The notes under the pieces: generated by a model
What the model was told of the DNA's origin: nothing
What the model saw: the letters and a program-made list of their open reading frames with translations, nothing else
Database searches by the model: none
Position numbers and translations under genes: made by a program
NCBI GenBank assembly: GCA_963675745.2
Contig: CAXXWX010000018.1
Span: 1-31,243 of the forward strand
Reading direction: 5' to 3'
Source: Phycisphaerae bacterium
GTDB taxonomy: Bacteria; Planctomycetota; Phycisphaerae; UBA1845; Fen-1342
DNA length: 31,243 nucleotides
In this document: positions 1 through 9,154 of the stretch, in pieces
Numbering within the stretch: the first letter of the stretch is position 1
How the letters are laid out: every line of letters begins with the position of its first letter

Positions 1-799
1 TGAACACGTGGCCCGTTGTCGGCTTCATTGCGCTGAGGATCGCAGCCGCTGATGCGTTCGGGGTCGGCACGCCGTCGGGGAGTAGCCGGATCTTCCGCAC
101 CTTGCCCGTTGTGTTCGCGGTCTTGTGCTCGGTGAGAATGCAGACCCGCCGCTGGAGGTGTACCTCCCGCCACTCCAGTCGGCAGGCTTCACTCGGCCGG
201 CAGCCGGTCCAGAAGATGAAGCGCAACATGCGGCCGGCTCGCTCGGGAAGCTCGTTGAAAACCTGCTCAAGCACATCGAGATTGATATCGCGCGGCCGGC
301 GTACGGGTTTCTTCACCCTTGGCATCTTCGGCATGCGGGCAATCCACTCGTTCTCATGCGCCCATCGCAGTACGGCAGCCGCCGCGCGTACACAGTGGCG
401 AACCATTTCCGCCGACAACGGCTTGTCGGTTTCCTTGGTGGTCCACTCGCCCGACGCTTTGTCCTTCACGGCGCGGGTCGCGCGTTGCTTGCTGAGGTGC
501 ACGGCGAACCGCGTCAAGGTGTCGTTACCGATGCAGTCGAGGCGATCCCGGCCCGCGTATTGAACAAACCGCCGGAGCCAATGCGAGTAGCAGTCTTGCT
601 CGTTCAACGCCAACCAACCGTCAACCGCGCCCGCTACGGTCTGGGGCCGGGTGCCCGGTGTGGCCTCGAGGCGCTGCGCCATCAGCCGGTGAAACTTCGC
701 GTGTGCTTGCCGCTGATCTTTTCCGAGATTGTGCGTTGTGCCGTCGATACGGACGCGCCAGTTTCCGCGCACAAGGTGTGGCTTGCTTGGTCGTGCCAT
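1..799 (-). CDS. Tyrosine recombinase/phage integrase, 3' part runs off the left edge (absent from the ORF track)
   Basis: Manual translation from ATG at 799 (GGAG upstream): MARPSKPHLVRGNW...RMLRFIFWTGCRPSEACRLEWREVHLQRRVCILTEHKTANTTGKVRKI...TGHVF. Box I TGxRxxE with catalytic Arg, followed by the catalytic Lys region; frame is open to the window edge. Confidence 0.9.
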   Translation of the reverse strand, partial: MARPSKPHLVRGNWRVRIDGTTHNLGKDQRQAHAKFHRLMAQRLEATPGTRPQTVAGAVDGWLALNEQDCYSHWLRRFVQYAGRDRLDCIGNDTLTRFAVHLSKQRATRAVKDKASGEWTTKETDKPLSAEMVRHCVRAAAAVLRWAHENEWIARMPKMPRVKKPVRRPRDINLDVLEQVFNELPERAGRMLRFIFWTGCRPSEACRLEWREVHLQRRVCILTEHKTANTTGKVRKIRLLPDGVPTPNASAAAILSAMKPTTGHVF

Positions 800-1214
800 G
801 GTGATTATCTCCGCGAATGCCCGGCCCGCGCGAGGCGGTCCGGTGTGTGTGCGAACAGCCTCCAGGCGACCCGGTCAACCGTTCCAAGAAACGGCTGGGT
901 CTTCGCAGATTCCCACGACTCGCCTGGAGGTGTTCGACTGGCGCGCAGGCGCGCGCATGGAAGCACGATATGTGAGGTTCTTGGATTCATGACGCCTTCA
1001 TGATACGCCACGCCAGCCGAACCGCAAGCGGAAACCTGCCGCAATCGGCTGGCGCCGGTGGGGGTTGTGCGGATCGTGAAGTGCGGGCCGGTGGCCGGGA
1101 CGTGGGGGGGGACACGTGCACCGGCGCGGCCGACCCGCGAGAATCATGATACGTGACCGGTCGGCGCCAGCAATTCGGTAAAAACCCCGTGGCCATTTCC
1201 CGGTACACTAAGGC

Positions 1215-1640
1215 ATGCACCCGCTGAACCGCCGAATCTCGCGAGCGCTCGCCGTTGCCGCCGTCGTGCTGTTCACGTTGGCGGTCGGGTCGTTGTTCAT
1301 CGGCGCCGACATCGCCGGCCGCGTCGGCGTGGTCTCTGGATTCGCCTACGCGTTCACCGAGCGCATGGACAGTTCAGCGTATGCCGTCTGGTTTGTGAAT
1401 CCACGCCGCACCATGCCGCAACGTCTCGGGGATGCTGTCGGCTTGCCGTGTGTGCGGCGCACCAGCGCCGGCGCTATCGACGCGGTTGAAGTGCCGCTGG
1501 TGTGGCCGGCCGCGTTGTGCGCTGTCGCCGCGTACGTGGTGAGGCGTCGCGGCCGCATTCCGGCCGGTCATTGCATGTGCGGCTATGACCTACGCGGCAA
1601 CACGTCCGGCGTCTGTCCAGAGTGCGGCCGCAAAGTGTAA
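1215..1640 (+). CDS. Small membrane protein with C-terminal zinc ribbon (cargo)
   Basis: Hydrophobic segments; C-terminal GHCMCGYDLRGNTSGVCPECG, a motif common in Phycisphaerae proteins; TACACT -10-like hexamer 5 nt before the ATG. Confidence 0.75.
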   Translation: MHPLNRRISRALAVAAVVLFTLAVGSLFIGADIAGRVGVVSGFAYAFTERMDSSAYAVWFVNPRRTMPQRLGDAVGLPCVRRTSAGAIDAVEVPLVWPAALCAVAAYVVRRRGRIPAGHCMCGYDLRGNTSGVCPECGRKV

Positions 1641-1728
1641 CACCCGGTTCGGATATCAGAGACCACATGAGAGAGTGTGCGGGGTGGCGCCGTGGCACAG
1701 CGCCACCCCTTGCCAAGCACACTACAAA

Positions 1729-3078
1729 CTAGGACCGAGTTTCCAACGACACCGCCCACGACTGCGTGTCGCCGTTCGCCGGCGTCAGCGCGCCGCTCAT
1801 AAGCGAAGCGCCATCGGAACGGAACTTCAATCGAAACGCGATCTGGTCATACTCGAATCGGGTGGACGTATCCAGATCAACCGTCGCACCCTCGCGCACG
1901 CCGAAAACGTAGGTCTTAGGATGGAATAGGACCACATCGCCGGCCGTACCAAGCGTCTGGCAGTGCTCACTCTCTACAACCGGCCTACCATACAAAGTCT
2001 CGAATGGTAGGTCACTCGCACCGCCGGTTGGCTGATACACGGGACTACCGGCGGTACCATCGACGATGGTCATGAACGGCAGTTCCTTGCAGGCCGTCGG
2101 ATTCATCAGCCACATCGAGGTTGGCTTTAGCGCTGGGATCATTCGCGCGCGCATCTCCGCGATGTTCCGAAACACGAGCGTTGCCGCCGCTTGCCCGACT
2201 TCCTTTGAGGCTTCAATCAGAGAGTCGCCGGCATTCAGGATGCCCGTCGCATTGCCGCCCGCGCCAGAGCCCGCGATGATTTGCTTTTCCATCTCGAAGC
2301 GCATGGCCTCCGCAAAGATAGTGTCCATGCGCGTTCGCATCCACGGTGCTGAATCTTGCATGAACTCATTCGAGGCTCTGAACATCGCCGTGTGCTTTGA
2401 ACACGACAGTGTCACCGCCCGCGCGGTCAGTGACTGCGACGGCGTGATCTCTGCGTTTTCGGCTGTGACCGAGAACGAGATACCGTACGGCGCGGTCGTG
2501 GCGTGACTCTCATCATGCCAGAGCGGGATCGACGCCGTGTCAGTCGGCATCATGATAGTATCGACCGCGCTTAGCACGGGCGTTGCCGGGTCGTACGTCG
2601 TCACGAACCGCTGGAGCATCGCGGTCGGCACAGCGAAGCCACCTTCCGAACCGATGCCGATGCTCTGCGCGGTTGCGTAGGCTGTGTCGAGTCTCCGATC
2701 CATCTTGCCATAGCGCGCGTTCTGATACACACCCTGGCACAGCTCCAGAATCGACTCATACTCGCCAGCAGCCGAGCCGCCGACTTCTTCGAGAAACGCG
2801 CCGCCAGCTTTGTGTGTGCCGAGACTCTTACCGAGCGGCATGCTGCAATCCACGCCCGTCTGACGGCCGCGTGAGCTGTGCAAGTACTTGTCAATTGCGG
2901 CAACGCGGTCCTTACTAGCGGATAGCGTTTCGACTTCAACATCAGTCAAATCACGGTGCGCGGCCTTGCAGCCATCACGAATCGCTTGCATGGAGTGTAT
3001 CAGCGCCTCGCGTGACTCTTGAAGATGTTCGACCGCTTCCGGGTCCACCATCTTTAGTCCTTTGTTTACGTTCAACAT
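1729..3078 (-). CDS. Phage major capsid protein, HK97 family
   Basis: 449 aa; helical N-terminal delta-like region, SEGGFAVP, WLMNPT, TLYGRPVVESE and FEYDQIAFRLKFRSDG motifs. Confidence 0.88.
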   Translation of the reverse strand: MLNVNKGLKMVDPEAVEHLQESREALIHSMQAIRDGCKAAHRDLTDVEVETLSASKDRVAAIDKYLHSSRGRQTGVDCSMPLGKSLGTHKAGGAFLEEVGGSAAGEYESILELCQGVYQNARYGKMDRRLDTAYATAQSIGIGSEGGFAVPTAMLQRFVTTYDPATPVLSAVDTIMMPTDTASIPLWHDESHATTAPYGISFSVTAENAEITPSQSLTARAVTLSCSKHTAMFRASNEFMQDSAPWMRTRMDTIFAEAMRFEMEKQIIAGSGAGGNATGILNAGDSLIEASKEVGQAAATLVFRNIAEMRARMIPALKPTSMWLMNPTACKELPFMTIVDGTAGSPVYQPTGGASDLPFETLYGRPVVESEHCQTLGTAGDVVLFHPKTYVFGVREGATVDLDTSTRFEYDQIAFRLKFRSDGASLMSGALTPANGDTQSWAVSLETRS

Positions 3079-3236
3079 AACAACATCCTTCTAAAGATAC
3101 TCCGACTAGTCAGATACTCACGACGCCTCTGCGGGTCGCTTTGGCGCCCGGGTCAGCGTGTTACGCGCTACGGCCGGTCAGTCTTAGGACTCCGCGCCTC
3201 GTCGGCAACCGATAGTCGCGCCGCGTATTCAGTTGT

Positions 3237-4097
3237 CTACTGCTGAGCCGCCAAGAATTCGTCGAGCTCCGCAGCGAACATCCGCCGCAGTGCTGGCGAC
3301 TCGTGTGTGATCGTAAGGTGCTTGCGCATCATATAGCGGGCGACAAACGCGCGGATGCGCAGTGGCGCCACATTAAACATAGTCTCATCCGGCGCGGCAT
3401 CAGAGAGCCCGAGAGCGTAGTCAAGAACAGCCTCGGCCTCAGCCGCTATACCATCGCCGCGATGAAACAAACCATCCGGGTTGGCGGCCGGCTCGTCTAC
3501 GGTGTCGATAGCCTCGAGTGACGCTAGCCGCACGTGCGGATAGTTGTGTTCGTTGTCGGCATCCGGCGAATGGAACGCGCCGTCATCGCGCCTGTGAAGC
3601 ATTGTGAATGAGTTCATCGCGCTGGCATCCGGCGTGAATGCTATCGACGTTCCGAACGCCGCCGAATCCTCGCGCGCGAGGTTCATCACATACTGTGCCA
3701 GGTCGCCGTCCGGCGCATCGTGCGCAGCGGCGTATATGTGCAGGTCGGCGCGCACAACGTCATCGTCGCGGCGAGCATCACGGAACCGGCCAAGTGCCTT
3801 ACCGAGCCCATCGCCGGATAAATCGGGGTGTGTGAACCGAGACTTTATGCCGCCGCCCGTCGCGTTAATCGCGCTCGCCACATCGCTAAGCATGCGACGG
3901 TCAACCCACTCATCATGGCCAACAGCTTCACCACGTGTGAGTATGGCCGCGCCGCGTATTAGACCGGCGCTGTACGCGCCGCCATGCGGGTCGATGCCGG
4001 TGGCGCCGCTGGCGATGCCGCGCGCGATAGGCCCACGATAGAGCCGTGACGGTTTTAGTAGTGCTTGTGCGCGTTTGTCCATTGTCAACGTCCTCAA
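3237..4097 (-). CDS. Probable prohead (capsid maturation) protease
   Basis: SRFTH...FGTSI...IDTVDEPAA resembles the His/Ser and VxxPA motifs of assemblin-fold head proteases; lies directly upstream of the capsid gene. Confidence 0.6.
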   Translation of the reverse strand: MRTLTMDKRAQALLKPSRLYRGPIARGIASGATGIDPHGGAYSAGLIRGAAILTRGEAVGHDEWVDRRMLSDVASAINATGGGIKSRFTHPDLSGDGLGKALGRFRDARRDDDVVRADLHIYAAAHDAPDGDLAQYVMNLAREDSAAFGTSIAFTPDASAMNSFTMLHRRDDGAFHSPDADNEHNYPHVRLASLEAIDTVDEPAANPDGLFHRGDGIAAEAEAVLDYALGLSDAAPDETMFNVAPLRIRAFVARYMMRKHLTITHESPALRRMFAAELDEFLAAQQ

Positions 4098-4510
4098 AGT
4101 GAATCCACATCGAACGGTGGCGCGCCGTCTTCGAGATCATCAGGCGCGGCCCCACAGGTCCGCCGGTTCAAGAGTGCCCGCGTCAGCAGCACGCGGCTCC
4201 ATGCCGCATGTGCCGCATGCTTGGCCACGCCGACGCCGTATCCCGTCGCCTCTGCCGCTTCCAGGGCCTCAGCCGCGACGTGATACGCGTCCTGCGCATC
4301 CAACAACAGGAGCATTGCAGCGACGTCGCAAGTCACATAACCGTAGGCATCAAGGTCGGCACAGGCGTCCCGCAGGACGCGCGCCAGCAGCGGGTCGGAT
4401 ATAACCGCATGGGCGTAAAGGTCGTGCCAGAGCCCAATGTCACTATCGCCGGCCCAGCCATCAGGCGGCCGGATGCGTCGCGCTCGGCTGACTGCTTGCT
4501 CATCAGTCAT
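4094..4510 (-). CDS. Hypothetical protein
   Basis: 138 aa ORF overlapping both neighbours (translational coupling) between terS and the protease. Confidence 0.65.
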   Translation of the reverse strand: MTDEQAVSRARRIRPPDGWAGDSDIGLWHDLYAHAVISDPLLARVLRDACADLDAYGYVTCDVAAMLLLLDAQDAYHVAAEALEAAEATGYGVGVAKHAAHAAWSRVLLTRALLNRRTCGAAPDDLEDGAPPFDVDSL

Positions 4511-4937
4511 TGAAGAATCGCGCCTTTCCGCTGGTCGTCGCCTTTGCCGCTGGCACCCGGAAGTGTGTCCTCGCCGCCGGCGTCAAGCCAAACTCGCCGA
4601 GCAACTTTAGTGTCATGTTCCACAGGCGATCGCGCTGGCGCGCCAGTCTCGCGCGTGTCAAGTCGCCAAGCGGTAGATGCTCGCACCCGTCGCGTGCCTC
4701 GATATAGGCCGCCAGCGCGTCGCACAGAATCGCCAGTGCGGCGCCGTCGCTATCCGTTAGAACGCCAAGCCGTTGCACGTCCGCCGCAACAGCGCGCCAC
4801 AGCTTGCCGCCGCGCTCCGAGATCCAGCGCGGCCGGCGGGGTGTGCCGGGGGTTGGCGCGAGCTCATCCCCGCGCGAAGCCGCCAGCCGGCTACCGCGCG
4901 CCTCAAGTATCAATCGCGGGGTTTTCCGTGGTGGCAT
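4503..4937 (-). CDS. terS: Phage terminase small subunit, P27 family
   Basis: PRWIS..GGKLW...LGVLTDSDGAALAILC...EFGLTPAAR signature. Confidence 0.88.
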   Translation of the reverse strand: MPPRKTPRLILEARGSRLAASRGDELAPTPGTPRRPRWISERGGKLWRAVAADVQRLGVLTDSDGAALAILCDALAAYIEARDGCEHLPLGDLTRARLARQRDRLWNMTLKLLGEFGLTPAARTHFRVPAAKATTSGKARFFND

Positions 4938-5462
4938 TGTCCTGCCTCACTCTCTGAAGGCGCCACGCGGCCGCCATTGAACGTAAGCCGCTGCCGTGGC
5001 GCTCTGGTCCACCCGGGCGCCGTGCGTGCCGTACAGGTCGAAAGGCGGCCGGTTTTTGCATTTGATTCTCGCGAGTGTTTGCGTCGCTCCGCAAATGGTC
5101 CCGACATCGCAGGTCGTGGATTTCTGACCAGGCTTTACCCCCATTGCAATAGACGCCGCGCGCCCGGCAGAGATGGGACCGAGCGCGCGGCCCGCTATGA
5201 CACTCGCCGACGTCGGAGCGCGTTCCTCCCCGACGCCAACGGTACAACGTTGACGCGGCCGGCGGGTGGCTGGGCCGCCGCCACGCCCCACAGCCACGGC
5301 GCCACCCAAGCGCCCGCCGTGCCGTCGCGCTAGGGGGAGACACCCCGCGCGACCTGTGTCCACAGTCGGTATCGCCACCGCACCCACGCGCGACGGCTTG
5401 GATGGACCGCCGCGCGGGATGAGGGGTTGCCGCCGACAACAAGCCGGCGGCGGGTGCCTTGG

Positions 5463-5640
5463 TGTCAATGTAGTGCCGCAACTATCACAACTACCGTCAT
5501 GTGGTACATTGCCAGAGTCTCTAAGGTGGCAGCCTTGGCAGCCTTGGCATTCTAGGCGCGCGTTAGTACCTACATTGCCAAGGATGCCAACATTGCCAAG
5601 GATGCCAACATTTACCTTTAAGGGAGTTTTGGCAATGTAG
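5463..5640. repeat. Iteron cluster, probable replication origin of the satellite
   Basis: TACATTGCCA at 5505 and 5571; 18-bp tandem ACATTGCCAAGGATGCCA x2 (5572-5607); inverted copies at 5463 and 5630; TGGCAGCCT tandem at 5527-5549; immediately downstream of the primase-helicase. Confidence 0.7.
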
Positions 5641-5644
5641 CCTC

Positions 5645-7630
5645 TCACGGCGTGTCCCCCGCGCTGAGTCGTGGGTGCCCGGGTGGCAGCGCCGTTGCCC
5701 AGCCGACAAGCTGTCCCCCTTCGCGGATTTGCTTGGCCTTCGCGCCGACCTTGCCGCGTGCCCGATGCAATGTGCGGATCGCGACGCCTTCCGCCCGCGC
5801 CATTTCCTCCAGGTCTTTGGTCAGGACCGGCCCCGATTCGAGTTTGTCTTCAAGCCAGCTCACGGCCTCATCAAGCGCCCGCTCCGACGATGACGTGTCG
5901 CCGATCGTGGCTTCGGCCTTGAACACGTCATCGGCGGACATTTCAACAGCCCCTTCGAGCCACGCCACGACGCCCGGCGACTCGATACGGAAGCGCAGCC
6001 CCGGCTGTAGCGGGCCCAGGTTGGCCTTGCCGTGCAATAGCAGGCGCTCGCGCGGGTCTTGCGATTCCGCGTCCTTGGCAACGTACCATGCGTTGCGTGC
6101 AATGCCGCTAAAGGCCACCGAGCCCATTTGCCGCCCGATCGCGGATGGGCTCAGGCTCTTATTCAAGTGCGACACGAACACGACGGCGACGCCTTCGCGC
6201 TCGGCAAGTTCGGCGACCGGCCCCAAGACGTTGTAGGTCTCGGAATGCCTGTGCGTGTCAGCACGGCCCAGGAATGCCCCCAGCGGATCAATCACGACAA
6301 GCCGGCAATCGGGCGCCTCGCGGATTGCTTGGCGTAGTGCGGGCAGGTTTCGCCCAAGGTCGAAAAAACCCTCGGTGTCGTCTTCAGTATGCACGCCGCG
6401 CAGCGCGATAATCCGCGTGAGATCAGCCCGGGCAAGTTCAAGGCGCGGCCGCACGACGCGCGACAAATCGTCTTCGCAATGCAGCAAAACAACGCCGCCA
6501 ACCGGCTGCGCTTGGAGCGGATTGTCCGGCCAACCGACGCCGCTTGAAACACGCGCCGCCAAGTCATGCATGAGAGTTGTCTTGCCGGCGCCGGGATGCG
6601 CGTTGAGCATTGTTACTGAGCCCATCGCGATCCGGCCCGGCCAAAGCCATTCAATCGCCGCCGATTCGATGCTCGCCATTGTCAGCAGCACCGCGGAGCC
6701 CGGCGCCGGCTTGGGTCGCTCGGGTTCGGTCTTCGCGGCAAGCGCCTCGATTTCCGCGCGGATTGCATCGGCGCTCAGCGTGTCGCGGTATTCGCCCGCA
6801 AACTCGACAAGGTCTTCACCGTCGCCAAGGTCGGGCAAGCGCAGAATGCGAATGGTCGGACGCGGCGTCAGACCCGCCAGCCGATCGGCAACGGCCTCCG
6901 CGTACTTGTGCCCGGCGTCATGATGATCCGGGAGTATCACAACGTCGCGCCCCGCGAGCGGTGTCCAGTCGGCATTGCCAGCCGACGATGATCCGCCCGA
7001 CGTCGTGCATGGCAAGCCCAGCGCCCGGCCGGCCTCACAGCATTTTTCGCCCTCGACAACGTACAGCGTCCCATCGGCCGGCAGGTCCGCGAGGCGATAA
7101 AGCGCGAACGGTTTCGGCGGATCGGCGATCAGCCACCCGGCGCCGTTGCGTGAAACCGGGCGGTAGGTCTTGTCGCCGTCCAGGCGAATCCTTACGCGCG
7201 AATGATGTTCACCCCAGGTATAAATGGTCTCGACAACGCCGCCGACTTGCTTTGCCGCCGCGTCTGCCGCCGCCTCGACAGACTGATAGACCGGCGCCGG
7301 CTTGCGTGGTAGCTTCGGTGCCGGCCCATGATTTCCCGAACGCCCATTACCCGCCAGCGGAACGCCCAGCGCCGTGCACGCCGCCTTGAAATCTGTGCCG
7401 TGCACACGCCGATACATATCTATGACATCGCCGCTGACGCCACACGCCGCGCTATGACAACGGTAGCGCCAGACTCCGCTTTTCTCGTAGAGTTCGCCGC
7501 TTGGGTGGCGGTCATCGTGAAACGGGCATTTGACCTTTGTCCCGGTGATCGTCGCGCCGTGCTCTTTAAGCACACGCTCTAGCGCGGCACGATCGGACTT
7601 CAACGCATCGAGTGCAGCCGTCGCCGTCAT
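5645..7630 (-). CDS. Primase-helicase: CHC2 zinc finger + TOPRIM + RecA-like (AAA_25) helicase
   Basis: CPFHDD...CHSAAC; VVEGEKC...VVILPD; Walker A AHPGAGKT and Walker B LVVID; ATG 7630 overlaps the upstream stop (ATGA). Confidence 0.88.
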   Translation of the reverse strand: MTATAALDALKSDRAALERVLKEHGATITGTKVKCPFHDDRHPSGELYEKSGVWRYRCHSAACGVSGDVIDMYRRVHGTDFKAACTALGVPLAGNGRSGNHGPAPKLPRKPAPVYQSVEAAADAAAKQVGGVVETIYTWGEHHSRVRIRLDGDKTYRPVSRNGAGWLIADPPKPFALYRLADLPADGTLYVVEGEKCCEAGRALGLPCTTSGGSSSAGNADWTPLAGRDVVILPDHHDAGHKYAEAVADRLAGLTPRPTIRILRLPDLGDGEDLVEFAGEYRDTLSADAIRAEIEALAAKTEPERPKPAPGSAVLLTMASIESAAIEWLWPGRIAMGSVTMLNAHPGAGKTTLMHDLAARVSSGVGWPDNPLQAQPVGGVVLLHCEDDLSRVVRPRLELARADLTRIIALRGVHTEDDTEGFFDLGRNLPALRQAIREAPDCRLVVIDPLGAFLGRADTHRHSETYNVLGPVAELAEREGVAVVFVSHLNKSLSPSAIGRQMGSVAFSGIARNAWYVAKDAESQDPRERLLLHGKANLGPLQPGLRFRIESPGVVAWLEGAVEMSADDVFKAEATIGDTSSSERALDEAVSWLEDKLESGPVLTKDLEEMARAEGVAIRTLHRARGKVGAKAKQIREGGQLVGWATALPPGHPRLSAGDTP

Positions 7631-7923
7631 GACGCGCCCCCTAGGCCCAGCCGCGCCGCGCACAAGTGATACTCGGCGTCTGCCTGCCGTGACCGCCGCG
7701 CCCGCTGGCGCTTACTCTCCGGGTCGCCGAAAAACTGCGCGCTCGGTATGCGCACTGGCGCTGACCGGCCGCGCCCCAACTTCACATAGCGGACCGACCC
7801 ATCGGCCAACATGCGCTCGAGGGATTTCTCGCTGCACTGCAAGAACGCGGCCGCCTGCCGCTTGGTGAACATAGGCGGTGGAGTCGCCATAATGATATCA
7901 GTCTGGGTATCGCGCGCGCTCAT
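7627..7923 (-). CDS. Excisionase-like HTH DNA-binding protein
   Basis: MFTKRQAAAFLQCSEKSLERMLADGSVRYVKLG..VRIP; GGGAG RBS before ATG 7923. Confidence 0.8.
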   Translation of the reverse strand: MSARDTQTDIIMATPPPMFTKRQAAAFLQCSEKSLERMLADGSVRYVKLGRGRSAPVRIPSAQFFGDPESKRQRARRSRQADAEYHLCAARLGLGGAS

Positions 7924-7949
7924 GGTTAACACTCCCGGCGTTGAAAGTG

Positions 7950-8393
7950 CTAATCAGTGATCGCGCGGATTGCGACAGTGAGCCGCTTAGCGTTCTTAAA
8001 CGCCTGCTTGGCCAGCGCGAGCTTCAGCTCCGCCACTTCGACGATTTTCTCGGCGAGCGCTGGAAGGCTCCTGAACGTTTTCGCGCGCAGCTCGCGCGGG
8101 GCCGACTCCCATAGATACTGCGATCTTGCGACCACCACATCCTCGCCCGGTTTGGCCGGGTCGTATTGCTCGACGAGGATGTTGAGGCGTGTCTGTCGCT
8201 TGTAGCGGCCGTAGTCAAGTAAGACGCACTCGTGTGAGCCAGACTCGACACGGACGAACGTGTGCACGCCGACGCGCTTAGTCTGCATAAACGCTTCAAA
8301 GGCGCGAACCGTTGCCAAGGCCTCGTCTTCGGCGGCTCGCATGGCGTCGGCGGATTCGGCAAGTTTGTCGTAGGGGATCTCATTCGTAGGCAT
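7950..8393 (-). CDS. Hypothetical protein
   Basis: Protein-like composition, co-oriented with the satellite operon; start uncertain (8393 or 8432). Confidence 0.6.
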   Translation of the reverse strand: MPTNEIPYDKLAESADAMRAAEDEALATVRAFEAFMQTKRVGVHTFVRVESGSHECVLLDYGRYKRQTRLNILVEQYDPAKPGEDVVVARSQYLWESAPRELRAKTFRSLPALAEKIVEVAELKLALAKQAFKNAKRLTVAIRAITD

Positions 8394-8529
8394 GGCGTTC
8401 TCACTATTGCGTGGTTCTCGCATTAGTGCCAACCGCGCGTTAGCAGCGGCTAGCGGGCCGCAACACAGCGACCACTGTTGTTTGAAGTCTACAACAGCTC
8501 ATATGGGAGTGCCAGCCCGCACCCGATTA

Positions 8530-8835
8530 TTTTTCGTAGCCACGCGCCGGCCGCCTTCGCTAGTTCGCGGCGGGTGTCGATGGGCGGTTGTGACGTTGGC
8601 AATTTTGCCGAAGTCACTCCGCCTGTCCGCGCCCGCTGATTCGCCTTCGCTTGCGCCTCGACGGTCTCGCGCAACAGCAATGCCAATTCGATGCGTGTGA
8701 TATCCGCAAGACGCTTATCGACGTTCCCCACAAAAGGGTCACCAGATATCTGGTGACCCTTTTGTCCGCGACCGATTGGCAACTTCTGCCGCGCCTTGGC
8801 TTCCTGTTTCAGCAACGGCTCTAGCCGAACGCGTG
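8530..8835 (-). pseudogene. Two fused fragments of phage ParB-associated HTH-like proteins
   Basis: LEPLLKQEAKARQ...GQKGHQISGDPF followed by RIELALLLRETVEAQAKANQ...PIDTRRELAKAAG; no credible start codon. Confidence 0.4.
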
Positions 8836-8946
8836 CACCTAAACTCCGGCCAAACCGGCCAAAAACCGGGGAAAACGGGCATATAAAGGTGCGCGCGAAA
8901 GTGCGTTTCGCAAGTGTATAGCCTTGCCAAATGCACATTGGGCCCG

Positions 8947-8992
8947 TGGCTTTGGGTGCCAGAGGTCGCAGGTTCAAATCCTGTCGCCCCGA
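8947..8992 (+). tRNA. 3' half of tRNA-Pro(TGG); att-site fragment, not an intact gene
   Basis: TGGC-TTTGGGT-GCCA anticodon arm, GAGGTC, GCAGG-TTCAAAT-CCTGT T arm, CGCCCCG-A acceptor strand; no D arm or 5' acceptor strand upstream. Confidence 0.9.
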
Positions 8993-9050
8993 TTCGATGA
9001 CCCCTCCCATATAGCGGCAGAAGCCAGCCCGACATTTCAGTTCGCCACGG
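8991..9050 (+). repeat. Cassette left-end sequence, homologous to 19628-19683
   Basis: GATTCGATGACCCCTCCCATATAGCGGCAG...TTTCAGTTCGCCACGG versus GATTCGAGACCCCTCTATAGCGGCAG...TTTCAGCCTGCCACGG. Confidence 0.8.
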
Positions 9051-9118
9051 CGCCAGTCACTTCGCGGGACAAATATCGCCAAAAACCACGCAAGGGGTGG
9101 CAGAAACTAACACGCTGT

Positions 9119-9150
9119 TTGCCTTCTCAGTTCGGCGTGTGTTAGGATTG
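9119..9150 (+). promoter_or_regulatory. Sigma70-like promoter with overlapping operator-like motif
   Basis: TTGCCT-N18-TAGGAT; contains TCAGTTCG-N5-TGTTAGGATTG, also present at 23544-23567 (-). Confidence 0.6.
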
Positions 9151-9154
9151 CGGT

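Larger units (their letters stand above)
1..8992 (-). mobile_element. Phage-satellite-like integrative element (PICI/tycheposon-like) at tRNA-Pro; left end lies outside the window
   Basis: Co-oriented int, capsid, protease, terS, ori, primase-helicase and HTH genes, bounded on the right by a tRNA-Pro 3' fragment. Confidence 0.8.

Noticed and set aside
125..1003. 292-aa plus-strand ORF
   Set aside because: Antisense shadow of the integrase; no recognisable motifs
5040..5150. Possible cos/pac packaging site upstream of terS
   Set aside because: Position is plausible but I cannot identify a diagnostic sequence
4947..5648. 233-aa ORF with NVGILG and CQG repeats
   Set aside because: The peptide repeats simply reflect the iteron DNA; the remainder is low-complexity GC-rich translation
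8900..8995. Intact tRNA-Pro gene
   Set aside because: D arm and 5' acceptor strand are missing; only the 3' half is present
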